64,000 nucleotides of DNA. It comes from the human T2T-CHM13v2.0 reference genome, Homo sapiens. The position numbers were made by a program, and so were the translations under genes. The notes beneath the pieces are model-generated. The model was not told the DNA's origin, did not search any database, and saw only the letters and a list, made by a program, of their open reading frames with translations. This document shows, one piece after another, positions 13,441-27,188 of this stretch (the first letter of the stretch is position 1; every line of letters starts with the position of its first letter). The stretch lies in assembly GCF_009914755.1 (NCBI RefSeq), contig NC_060934.1; one strand, 5' to 3'.

Positions 13441-14822
13441 AGTGGTTAGTGGTTTTCATGGTGTGCTCCTGGACCAGCGGACGTGTGGCATGAACATGAC
13501 ACCATCCTGGAGCAGCAGAGCCCCCTGTGGATTCTATAAGTCATGGCCCAGAGTCACGGCTGGCAAGAGAAGCAGTGAGCAGTGGGCAGGAATGATTGGT
13601 TACCACATGCACACACCCCAGCAGAAGCCCAGAAATATTTGGGGAGGCGGTCTATGAAAGACCCACTTTTCTCAGTTGGATGGGAGCTTATGGGAAGTGA
13701 GAATTTTGTGTTAATTTTAATGGGAATCAATCTAAACTCTCCCAGCTGGTAAGCCTGAAATCTTTGATTATAATGATACAGAAATATAACTTTATTATAA
13801 AGTTTGCACCGTATTTGTCCCTTGTTCTCTGAGTGTCATGATCACATAACTGCAGGGTTGACTCTCGTGAAGATTCTGTGCTGGCCATAACATCCACACT
13901 GGGCTGGTGCTGGCACGTACCCCTCAGGCCCAGCCACATGGGAATTGTTGTCCAGTGCTGTGTCACGCTTACCAGGAGGCCAAGCAGCTGCTGCTGCTAC
14001 TGCATAATTATTTCCTCCTGTCTTTATCCCCAAAATTCTACTCTTTGGGCCTTAGGTTGCATTCTCATATATTCCCATTGAAGAGTATAGATTGGCATAA
14101 TCCATGGGGGAGATTTGGCAATAGTTTTCAAAATTATAAAAAGTACAGATGCTTTGATCCAGCCATTCCTCTCCTAGGAACTTATCCTACAGATATACAT
14201 ATGCAGAAGTTTACTTGTAATTGCAAAGGATTGGAAACATCTCAAATGACCATCAACATGGGACTGCTTTAATTAATTATGAGACATCTTAAGTTGGAGT
14301 ATGAAAGATTCAGGAAGTGTTTTTTATCATTGTGGTAAAAGGGGAGGCAAAAGAATATACATGTATATATACATATTATATATATGTTATTTTTTAGTGT
14401 CCCCAGAAGGAAATACAAGAAATGTGTAAGTTTGGTTTCCTCCCAAGAGAGAATTAGATGGCCAGGGGACAAGGGTGGAAGGTAGATTTTTCACAGTGTG
14501 CCTTTGTATACTTCTCATATTTTTAAACATACAGATGAGTTACTTATTCAAGTAAATAATTTTAGATTGCATATTAGCTCTGTTAATGATACAACAAGTA
14601 ACACATCTTTAAGTTTACCAAACTTTCACAATACTTTTCCCTGCCTTCTTCTCTGGAAGGAAGAATTAAATATAGAAGCACTTGTATAGAGAGGAGAGTA
14701 GTTAATGGTTACCAGAGGCTATGAAGAGGTGGGGATTAAAGAGAGATTGGTTAATGGGTACAGAAATACAGGGGTGGGGATTAAACAGAGATTGGTTAAT
14801 GGGCACAGAAATACAGTTAAAT

Positions 14823-15389
14823 GGATCTAGAACTAGAAATACCATTTGACCCAGCCATCCCATTACTGGGTATATACCCAAAGGATTATAAATCATGCTG
14901 CTATGAAGACACATGCACACGTATGTTTATTGCGGCACTATTCACAATAGCAAAGACTTGGAACCAAGCCAAATGTCCAACAACAATAGACTGGATTAAG
15001 AAAATGTGGCACATATACACCATGGAATACTATGCAGCCATAAAAAATGAAGAGTTGATGTCCTTTGTAGGGACATGGATGAAACTGGAAACCATCATTC
15101 TCAGCAAACTATCACAAGGACAAAAAACCAAACACCGCATGTTCTCACTCATAGGTGGGAATTGAACAATGAGAACACATGGACACAGGAAGGGGAACAT
15201 CACACTCTGGGGACTGTTGTGGGGTGCGGGGATGGGGGAGGGATAGCATTAGGAGATATACCTAATGCTAAGCGATGAGTTAATGGGTGCAGCACACCAA
15301 CATGGCACATGTATACATATGTAACAAACCTGCACATTGTGCACGTGTACCCTAAAACTTAAAGTATAATAATAAAATTAAAACAAAAA
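14823..15389 (+). mobile_element. Relatively young 5'-truncated L1PA inserted in an older L1M 3' end (~14700-15620)
   Basis: Uninterrupted ORF2 C-terminus (14821-15165); 16-bp TSD AGAAATACAGTTAAAT at 14807-14822 and 15390-15405. Confidence 0.95.
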
Positions 15390-17149
15390 AGAAATACAGT
15401 TAAATAGAAGGAATAAAGTCTAGTGTTCTATAACACAGTAGGATGACTACAGTTAACCACAACTTACAGTATATTTCCAAGTAGCCAGAAGAAAAGATTC
15501 TACACGTTCCCAACACAAAGAAATGATACATGCTTGAGGTGATGGATATCCTAAATACTATGATTTGATCATTGCACAGTGTATGCATGTATCGAAACCC
15601 CATTGCTACTTACTGGTACATATTGCATGTACCCCAATTATTAGGCATCAGTAAAAACAGATAACAAATATTGAGAGAAAGGAATTTGAGACAAGAAGAC
15701 AGCAGCATTGCTCCAAGTAAATGATGAACTTCTTTCCCGCTGGAAATGGATCAGTCCTCCTCCAATTCCCAAATTAAATATCAGCCTAGGTGTCCAAGAA
15801 CCTCTCCCTGGCCCCAACACTGGATAGAGTCCCCTCCTGGACATCTTCCTAGCAGATGGGCTCCCCTCCATAGCTGCAGGCAGTCCCCTCACTGCCACAC
15901 CAGCTGTCTTCCCAAAGATCAGGTTCAATGGACCTTAAATCGCAGTCTTGTTAATGCTGCCTGGACTGTAAATTGGCACAACCACTGAAGAGGGAAAATT
16001 GGCAATCTTTATTAAATATTACAATATTTTTATAAAGTATCAAAGTATAGATACCTTGATCCAACAGTTCTTAGACACATAACCTGACATGTGAGGATTA
16101 AAAAAATGAATGGAAATTATCCATTTCAACAGGAAATAAATTTCTAGATTATTCTGAGAGATGCTATTCTGGGAGCAAGCATCTTGACTGTGAAGCCTGT
16201 CTCAATCCCCAGAAGTCAGGGCTGCCTCTCACACCTACGGCCACTCAATCAATATTTATGCAAATAAATGACCTTACCAAGAACTCAGGCTTCTTTTGTA
16301 ATGTAAAATGCACTTTTAGAAAATCCATCATATTCTTCTTCCGAGTGGGACAATTAACCAGCCCTGTAATTTTGAAATGGCAAATGACCACACCGGGTAT
16401 CTCTGAACCCCGTCCTTTGTTGAAAACTACAACATATTTATTACTGACATTTAGGCTCTTCTCCCACCTGCTCCCCTCTTGCAAACATTTCTGCAAAAAG
16501 TCTATTTCAGAGACTGAGGAATCCTCATTTGCATCTAATGCTCCCCCGACCACACTCTGTGGAGGAGTGCTAGGAAAGGTTAGGGCAGGGGAGACATGAC
16601 TGAGGACCACAGAGCCAGGTGAGCACAGAGCTTCCGTCAGCAATGCCTCAGCAGGAAGAGAGGTAAAGGAATCAGAGGCCTGCTTTAGCACTCAGCAAAG
16701 AACTATCCCCGTGACTGGTGACAAAGAAAACGGTTTTTAGTCTGGGACTCCAGATCCATGGACACAAACCAAGTCCAAAAAGTAGTCAAGTGGCTCCTGA
16801 ACCGGTGAGCATGCAATGACACTCATCAACCAGCCAGAAACCAGAGGCCTGGGGCATTTCCAACTCATCTGGGAAGGCTCACCTTCCTCTCACTGAGCAC
16901 CGCTCCAGAATAAAGTGGGTCTAAAGCACCTGCTGGAATAAGTGGCATTGCCTGTGAGTCTAATAAATAATAGTACCCAATAGGGAGCAATTGTCATTAG
17001 GATCCATTGGAAAGCCTGACTCAACCCAAGTATTTAATTAAAGCCAAACTGATCTTAAAACAACCTTTCCTTAACTTGCACAAGGATCTTTCCCCACAGA
17101 GCACTTGGCTCATACAATTACAGAAAATGCTGGTGCTCATGTCCTATAA

Positions 17150-17617
<468 letters not shown>

Positions 17618-18968
17618 TAATGGAGACTGGTTTAGTCTCTCTTCATAACAAAATGTGAATGTTTGAAAATAAGCCTAGGAGAGAAAGATAAGCAAGTCGG
17701 GAATGGACAATGAATGATTGTTTTAGGAAATCTCATTTTCACTCCTGAGCTGCTGAGAGAGGCTCTAGAGAGCAGCGATGTTCTCATTTGCAGCTCGGGT
17801 TCAGCCCAGATTTCTCTGCGTTTCATGTGGGCTTGATGTCAGTGAACTTTCCGCAAATGCCAGGACCTGCCCGCATGCCCATTGCTTACCGAGATGAGTG
17901 TTCAAGCGCCTTTTCTGCAGGGAGCTTGAGGAGCCCCGGGGGCTCAGTGGGCCGTCCACCTGACACGCAGAGTGTGAAATGAGAACAGTAATGCAATTAC
18001 TCCCACGACACCGAGTGGGAAAATCAGTCTCAGGTGAGCAGAAAGAGTTGACTTTTTAAATGTTTGAAAATGCAGTGGGAATGAAAATAAAAGGCAGAAT
18101 ATCAAATAATAGCTATGCTATGGCTACAAACGCATGGAACCCAAGCGTCCTCAGGCTAAAAGTTCCTTTTGGCCCTCGCCTCAATAACTTGGGACCCCTC
18201 TATTTCTGGGGAAGTCTTACATGAACTGCTAAGCAGCACTGTTACGTTCTCCCACTTTCATGCTTCGGATGTCCTTTGCAAAGCCACATACCCTAATGGG
18301 ACCAGAGTGATATTCTCATCAGTTTTTACTGCAGTGAAGTCAAGCTAAGTTCCATGACGAATTAAAAAGTTGACCATTTCTAATCTTCTTGAGGGCTTGT
18401 TTCTCATTATATTGTGTGATTTCTCAAGTTAGTCTTCAAAAACACTCCTATAATAAAGCCACTGGTCGATGCTTCCTATAGCTGAACTTCTTGCCTAAGG
18501 TTCTTGATAAAATGCAGATTATGACTCTGTAGGTCTGGAGTGGGACCTTCTAACACGTTCCCAATGGTGCTGATGCTGCTGGTCCATGGACCACACTTTG
18601 AGTAGCCAGATCCTGGAATACTTAGGACTAAATACTAGCGTATTTAGTACCTATATTTCTCATACATAACAGATATTTAATAAACGTGTTTTGAAAGGAT
18701 GCCTCAATTTATTGAAGGTTTCTACAATGGTAGAATAAAGAAGAAAAGCTTTGTCAAGATATCTGCTTTTCATCCTACTCATGTTCTACCTTTTCCTTGG
18801 AGTTATGAGAGCATTGCTGGCTGGAAGCACAACTAGCAAAGTGGTATGCAGGAAAGCCAGGCAGAACATCAGTAATTGAGGGCTGTCCATTCTGCCTGGG
18901 GTTGTGGCATCCTAGGAGGCTGTTTTCCTAACTTACAGCAGCTTCTATCCCTACCCTCATAATAATTA

Positions 18969-19301
<333 letters not shown>

Positions 19302-19978
19302 TTACTCTTCCTTACTCTCCCTGTTAGAACACATGCACACACATACACACACATACACACACAAGCATAATCCTTTCCATTTAAATTGCTCCTTCTGCTT
19401 TTACAATGAAAATTAATTTTGCATGGTTTTGCACTATTGAAAGCAAACTATTAGTGGTGCTGCTACCTTTTAACCTAGCCCTGGATCTTCATAGAACAAA
19501 ACACACATCCTTCAGGCTCCCTCAATTGTTAGAGATAAAATATAATCTCAGTATCATCTGCCTCCCCATACTTGTCTTTTTAAATAAATATCTAATAATC
19601 TCTCATTTTTATTTCATTTCTATAATATTATCTTCAATTACAGGCTCCACGTCTCAAATAATCACCCACTCTTGCTGTAAAGTTCTGTTCTCTCCTTGCC
19701 GTCAGAAAGGCAGAGTCATCCAGCAAAAACATGACCCTCAGACATGCTGATGTCAGGAGCCCTGTGCTCTGACCATCGCCTGACTACAGAGCCACCCAAG
19801 TGATTTAACACATCTGGGCCTCAGTGTCCTCTTCCGAAAAATGAAGAGACCGAACTAGATGATGAGGTCCCTTTCAGGCTAAACATTCTATGATTCTAGA
19901 AAAGTTAACAAAAAACAAAAGCATTTAAAATATCAGAAGAGTATCTGTTCAGGTACACGTGATTGCAACTAACATATA

Positions 19979-20414
19979 CAGTCGACTTTTGAACAATGTG
20001 GGGGTGAGGGGTGCCTACCCATTGTGCAGTCCAAAATCTTTGTATAACTTTTACCTCCCGAAAACTTACCTACCTACTATTGACCAGAAGTCTTACTAAC
20101 AATATAAACAATTGATTCACATGTATTTTGCATGTTATGTGCATAATATACTGTATTTTTACAATAAAGCAAGCTAGAGAAAAGAAAATGTTATTAAGAA
20201 AATCATAACAAAGAGAAAACATATTTACTATTCATTAAATAGAAATGGATCATCATAAAGGTCTTTATCACACTCATCTCCACATTGAGGAGGTTGATGA
20301 CTAGAAGAAACGGTAGGGGTTGGTCTTGCCGTCTCGGGGGTGGCAGAGACAGAAAAAAGTCTGAGTGTGAGTGAACCTACGCAGTTCAAATTTGTGTTGT
20401 TCAAGGGTCAACTG
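19979..20414. mobile_element. Tigger2a/MER28-like DNA transposon
   Basis: Terminal inverted repeats CAGTCGACTTTTGAACAA / TTGTTCAAGGGTCAACTG with a TA target. Confidence 0.75.
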
Positions 20415-21257
20415 TGCATAATTTCACTAGTTCTATCTCATTCTAGATTTTACAGAGTAAACAGGTGAAAATATCTAGCACACAGGTCTAGGAACCAAGT
20501 GACTTGCGTCCCTTTCACAGTCCACAATGGACTCCCTGTGTGACTAATATTCAATGAGAGCTGCATGCACACACGTGCACACATGCGCACACACAGACTC
20601 AAAACCACCTTAGCACCCACCATGGCGCAGCTCACATTGACCCAATCCTGTTTCCAGCATCGGCTTTTTCAGACTGGTGGCTTGGAAAGGTTGTTTCATT
20701 TTGGTTTGGGTTTATTTCATTTAATTTGATGTAGTAATAAAAGCCTAGTTCCAAATAACATTTTGTGCAAAGCCCCAGTATATAAAACCGAGAAAAGTCG
20801 ACATCCTGATTATAGCATGGACGGCAACATGAAAGTCCACCTCCTCGACACCCCCTCGCTTCCACTCCCACCCAACCCCACTTAGAAAGCTTCAGTATCC
20901 TGGTAGATGGTCACTGCGTCACTCTTCACTTTCAGTGACAGGGACAGACACTTTTTTGCACTTTTTTGGTGAGGGAGGAGGAATCTAAAGGTTCAGTCCT
21001 AAGAAAATTTTGTTCCTTGGTAATTCTTATTTATTAAACCTATTTCTATCAAGTGGAATCACATTTTTTAAAAAAGCACCACCTCTTTCAAATGAAGCCC
21101 TTCCAATATTGGCTAACATTTATCTCCTCTCTCCTCTCTTGTTCAGACAAATCTCTCCAATTTATTTAGCCACTGCAATATATTTTCAGGTCCTTCATCA
21201 TCTTATTCAGTCTTTTTAAATCAAGCTCCAGTTTATCAGCAATATTTCAAATAGATC

Positions 21258-21284
21258 ACACACACACACACACACACACACACA
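21258..21284 (+). repeat. (CA)n microsatellite
   Basis: Seen directly. Confidence 0.95.
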
Positions 21285-22164
21285 GGCATGCAAACCATGC
21301 TGTGAATACATACATGCTTAACAGCATGCTAAAATAAATGAGCCTTGTATTTTTCATTATTCTATGATCTAGAGCTTTTCTCTCCCCCTCTTAATGAGGA
21401 CACCAGAGTTTAAAACTTTTGCAATAGAAAAACTTTACAAAGGAAAGCATCAAGCATCCTATCTCCTGAGGATACATTTGCAAATATCTATTTTGATCTT
21501 TGCAGTGTGTTTCTGAGTTCATCTTTCAGATGGAAAACGGAGGCCCTCACGTGTTTCTTCACTTATGGCAGCAGTAGTTCATAATTCTTAGATTTAAAGT
21601 TCCTTTCTGTGGGAGGCACAGGCATGAGGCCTGCTCCACTAATGCCCCTCCTTTTAGAGGATGAGGGTTAGCAGAGTCTAGAAAAAGATCCTGCTCCTGG
21701 GATAATTTTCCCCTTATTACTTTCAATCTACCGTCCAAATAATCAATATCCTGTTTATGAATTACAGTACCTTTTTATTTACCACACTTATAACCATAAG
21801 GAAATTAATTACTCTGCAAATTAAGCAAGTGAGCAACAGAGACTCCTGAGCAAAGGTCTTGCCCTCCCATATCTCCATAATGTGTGCAGAGCGATAATAT
21901 CAAGACGTCACTTTTCTCTCCACATCTCCTTTTCCATCAGTTGGGCTAGGCTGATGTCAATAAACTCTAGGGAGGGATGGGATAGGGAGATAAACAAGAA
22001 GTTTTCCTGGCTTTGGTTTCCAAAGACCCAAACATAGAAGACAGGAAATAAAACCAAGGTTTAGGAAAATCATAAAGAGTCAAAATGAGGGTCTCCTCTA
22101 CCCAAGAAACAAACAAAAAACATTCATCAGGCTAAACGTGGGTGGTGGCAGGGATTATAACATG

Positions 22165-22510
22165 GCCATTAAAAAATGACATCATGTCTTTTGCCGCAAT
22201 ATGGAGGCAACTGGAGGGCATTATCCTAAGTGAATTAACAGAGAAATAGAAAACCAAATACTGCATGTCCTCAGGTATAAGTGGGAGCTAAACATTGGGT
22301 ACACATGCACCCAATAAAGACGAGAAAAATAGACATGGGGGACTCCAAATATGGGGAAAGAAGGGGGGAAAGGTTGAAAAATACCTATCGGGTACCATGT
22401 TCACTATTTGGGTGACAGGATTATTAGAAGCCCAAACCTCAGCATCATGCAATATACCCATGTAACAAAACCTATACATCTACCCCCTGGATCTAAATTT
22501 TTTAAAAATT
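22165..22510 (+). mobile_element. L1 3' end (L1PB/old L1PA type)
   Basis: TTATCCTAAGTGAATTAAC, TAAGTGGGAGCTAAAC, CAATATACCCATGTAAC. Confidence 0.85.
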
Positions 22511-23437
22511 GTACTAACAGGGGAAAGAAGCTATAAGATTTTTTTTAAAAAAGTGGGTGGTGGGCAGGAAGGAGAGAGAACAAAAATGGAGAAAAAGGGG
22601 ATGAGAACAGAAAGGTGAGTGAGGCCCAATGTGGGAGAGGGCACGTCACAGCAGGGAGCCCCACTGCCCGGCCTCAGCTCAAGCAAGCCCTGCATGGCCC
22701 TCCATCCTCCCCACACACAGAGCCATCCTTTCCAGTCCTCAGTTCCCGGCTGCCAAAAAAAAAAAAATCCAATTTAACTTACACTTAACAAGTTTAATCT
22801 GATCTGAAAAATAAAAATTTCTGAGCACACCTTAGATTCTTAAACATTCTCTTTATCTATGTGTCCATTTTTTAAAAATCAATTCAGAGAAAACAGATTA
22901 TTGGATAAAAGGGTAAATGAATGTTTTGCAGATTCTTGATGAAATCTTTCCAGAAAACTTTTACGCTACCACCAGCAGTGCCGGCAAAATGTCCCACCTC
23001 ATGAATACCAAGAAAAGCAAATTAAAACAAATGAGAAAATACTGTCTTAATATTAATATTCAAAGCCACCAAGGGTATGGTGCTCTCATCCACAGTGGCA
23101 TTATTGCTTAAGTTAGCAGACTTCTTATTTCAGTTGCCAAGAAGAGAGGGAGGGAGTTGACATCTTGTAAGCACCTTTCTCAGCCTAGATCCTGTGCTAG
23201 AAAATAACATACATTATCTCACTTGATTCTCACAGCAGCCGGACATGCTGGGTACAATTATCCTCACTTACTGATGAGGAATCTGAAACCCAAAGAACCT
23301 AAATAACTGGCAAAGGATCGGATCTTTCACTTTAAAATGCAGCCCAGCCAGGTGGTAACAACAAACCCTCCTGATTTCAAAGCACACAGTGTTTTTCCAC
23401 AGCAGTTTTGACCCCCGAAAGTGCATTATTCACCTAG

Positions 23438-23750
23438 AAGAGCACTGCCCGACAGAAACATAATGTGGTAATGTTATGTGAAATTTTAATTTTAGTAGCC
23501 AGATTTTACAGGTAAAAAAGAAATCAGTGAAATTAATTTGAGTGATACATTTTATTTAACCCAATATATTCAAAGTACTTTCATTTCAATAAATAAGTAT
23601 ATTAAAAATTAAGGAGACATTTTACCTTTTTTTAATCTACGTCTTTGAAATCCAGTGTGGCTTTTCCACTCAAAGCCCATCTCGATTTAAACTGATCCCA
23701 TTTCAAGTGCCACATGTGGCTAACTGCTATCATACAGGACAGCATAGAGC
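23438..23750. mobile_element. MER33 hAT-Charlie fossil
   Basis: GTGAAATTAATTT...TTTTATTTAACCCAATATAT...CATTTCAAGTG...CCACATGTGGCT. Confidence 0.7.
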
Positions 23751-24522
23751 TAGAGAAAAATTATGAAAAGAAGCTCTCATTATACAGCCCCTTGATTTGG
23801 AAGGGGCTGTATAACGATATGATTTGATTTGATTTTGAAGGTTTGGATAATGATATGATTTGGAAAGTTGCAGACTATTTAGCACAATCTTCCAAATCAT
23901 ATTTTTTAAAATTCTAGCATTCTAAGCAAATACCCTAACTTCACCAATCTATTCGGTTCTCACCAGGAGCCAATTTTGCATTTAAGGCATTCGAAAGTTC
24001 TTTTCACTTCCACATTCAGTCACTGAGCAGCTGCTGTATGTCAGGCACTACACTGGCCTACAGAGGCATAAGGGGTGAGTGTGGTTTAGGGAGGAATCTT
24101 TGCCTTCGAGGAACCCAAAATCTAGTGAGGGAGGCAGACAAATAAATGCCTGTTCTTTCTTAGCAGGATAATTGCTGTAATTTCCTACTGTTTCTACACA
24201 TACAGGAGGATATCAGTGCATGAAAATAACCATCCCATCTACCCAAGGATGTATTTAAAATTCACTGTCTCTTTGATGCAAATGAATCTAATAATCTGCA
24301 TCAAAACTGCCAAAACTATATCATGAGATCACAGCCCAGAAAGTCAGAGATACAAGTAAAACCCTTACTTCTTCTTCCAGTCTTTTTGCCAAAGTCCCAC
24401 TGACATTTCTATTCTTGCCTTCTCCATATTTCTTCTCCCTCCTACCAACAGCCTGCTTTTAACCAGGTAAAGTTGTTCTAGTCTTGCTTTGACTCATGTT
24501 TCTCTCAACATGCAGGACTGAC

Positions 24523-24672
24523 TTGTTAGCTCCTAATTAGTACTTCTGCAATAATAGCACAATCATCACGCTGCAGTTTTCCCAGGCCTCTCTGATACAT
24601 AGATTCTCCAAAACTTCCTGCCCAGGACCTACTGGAAATTATTTTCACTGGACTTTGCATCTACCTTAGAAC
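24523..24672 (+). repeat. Copy A of a 150-bp local direct duplication (copy B at 27039-27188)
   Basis: Hand alignment ~85% identical. Confidence 0.9.
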
Positions 24673-25479
24673 CAGGAGCAGCACTGAACACAGGCAGGGA
24701 AGCTCAGGCCTATCTCATGTCCAGGGGCACCAGTGGCTTAGCAAAAGCCTTATGGAACCCTCTACTGGACTTCTGTGGCTGGTTGACTCATAGAGCAACG
24801 CTCCCAGGGGCCTTGGGGAAAGATGTAGCTGCCTCTATCAGGGCCACAGGATACAGAGAATCAAAAGCTTTCTGTCTTTCTCTGGGGGGCAGGTGGGTGT
24901 GCCTTTTTGGATAGCCATGCATGGCTTCTAACATGCCACTTTCCCAACCCTGGGCCCAATCGCAATAGTCTATTCACTTGACATAGTGCTTCATACCAAC
25001 AGATGCACGTAAGCATCTACGTTTTCACTACTGATAAAAACTGCACAGCCTGCTCCTAAGCAGAAGTTCAGGTTTGTGAGTTCTCCCCAAATTCTCCATG
25101 GAGGCAGAAGATGAGTGATTGCGGTGGTCGATTCTTCCAAATTCTCCCAAGCACTCACCTTTACCATTCTTTCCCTGCTAGCCACTGCCTCTGGCACTAA
25201 AACTGTTCCTGGAACCTCTGTCCCCATGTCTACAGTGCTCAATCCATCCATCAACCAATTAATCAATAAAGAATAAAAACCAGCGTGCAACTATTTGCCG
25301 TGATTCTTGCTCGGTTTCCCGTGGCAGGCCTAGGCTTTGGAGCTAGTCACCACCCGTCCTTGCATTTGTCTATTTTACAATAAGCAGCTGGAGGCTAACA
25401 TTGACTCCCCATGGAATCCCCAGGGACAAGTACGTACAACCAGCAGAATTCGTGTACTTCAGTAGGAACTTAGCAATTC

Positions 25480-26115
25480 TAGCTCCTTCTCATGATTTGT
25501 GGTAGTTATGGTCTATAAAGTCACTGTGAACAGTGAATTAGCAAAGACTGCACCATTTCTCCGAGGGATCAAGTTTCCATGAGCCTCTGGTCACATTTTT
25601 GTTAACTGACCACCACATAACTGTGTTTTATGTGACTTTCTGTTTAAAGACACCTTACTTAATGTCTATTGTTGATTCGTTAACACTGAACTCATGGCCA
25701 CCAGCACATCTCATGCATGAATGAAGCCTGTCAATCACATGTACTTTCTCCATGAGGCACATCTCAGCCTTCTTAGGAACATCAGACACTACTTCAGCAC
25801 TGTACTTAGGTGCCATTTTAAAAAGCAAAAACACCAACAAAAAGCACAAAAACACAAAAATAAATAAATAAACATGGTGCTAAATATACTGCAAAACCAA
25901 CACTTGTTTACAGTATGAAAGCCAAAACAGGAAGGCAGAGAGTCGCCTTGTCCAACCTTAGCTGAGAATGTGCACATCAGGTGACTCAAATTTTATACCA
26001 CTCTGTACATTTGCATATCTGTGAATCACCACAAAAGTGCCAGGAGTATTAATCTTGGAATTACAAACAAATTGTAGCGAATAAGTAAATTGCAAATACA
26101 GAGTCTGCGATGATA
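25480..26115. mobile_element. MER82-like Tigger fossil
   Basis: GGTAGTTATGGTCTATAAAGTC...GAATTAGC...GAGCCTCTGGTCAC. Confidence 0.65.
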
Positions 26116-26118
26116 TAT

Positions 26119-26172
26119 AATGAATGAATGAATGAACGAATGAATGAATGAATGAACAAATGAATGAATGAA
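26119..26172 (+). repeat. (TGAA)n
   Basis: Seen directly. Confidence 0.9.
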
Positions 26173-27038
26173 GACAGGAAACCAGAAGCTATGACTGAAA
26201 GCTTTCCTTTCGTAACACCAAGTTTCCTTTCCCTTTTCCCCTCTTTTGTGGTATGATAGAAAGAGCATGAGAGAAATAAGAACTTTGAATTTGGGCAAGA
26301 TGACAGACTGTGATAATCTAAAACTTTTCACTATGAACACATTACACATTCTGGATAAAAATACATCAGTTTATAGTATTTCTGAGCTTGCAAGAGGAAA
26401 TGAGTAAGAGACTATCTCCTGGTACAAGGACATGAAAGAACTAAAAATTAAAGTTACAAATATATAAACTGAGGCCATATTTGCCCTGGGGGAAGATTAC
26501 TCAGGGACATTGGTTTTAACATCTACAGGGGGCCAGGAAAGGGGGTGCTGGGCCGATACAAGGTTACATATTAGAACTGAGATGCCTGCTAAAAGTACTC
26601 TAGAGAAGCACAACCTTAATAAGATGATGGACTAAAAAAAATAAAAACAAATTTTAAAAAATCACCAGTGGCATAGAAAAATTTGCCCCTGCCTAGTTTC
26701 TAGGAGGAAAAAAAAAAGTCTTCACCAAAGAAATTGAAACATTAGTTGTGCCCCTCAGGCTTAAGGTTTGATTTTAAACACCATCACTGTGGTCCAAGAA
26801 CTTCCAAACTGAGAAACTAACATGAAAATTGGCCCAAAGCATCCTGTTTCCCCAGGGAAACTAGAGGGAACAAACACAATGTATTTCTACAAGGAAAGCT
26901 TACTAGAGCTCTTAAAATGAGCCAATAATCCAAATTAATCAACATGCAAAGAAACAGCTCAACATGAATGAGAGTCAGCTCACACACACACACACAAATT
27001 GAAGGATTGGAACTCTAAGAAATTTGGATAAGAGAAAT

Positions 27039-27188
27039 TTGTTAGCTCTTAATTAGCACTCCTGCAATAATAGCATAATCACCATACTGCAATTTTCCCA
27101 CTCCTTTCTGATATACAGGTTCTCCAAATCTTTCTCCCTAAGACCTATTAGAAATTATTTTCCCTGGACTTTGCATCCACCTTAGAAC
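27039..27188 (+). repeat. Copy B of the 150-bp local direct duplication, inside old L1
   Basis: Hand alignment to 24523-24672. Confidence 0.9.

Noticed and set aside
18627-18648. 9-bp hairpin ACTAAATAC/GTATTTAGT
   Set aside because: Short enough to occur by chance in 64 kb
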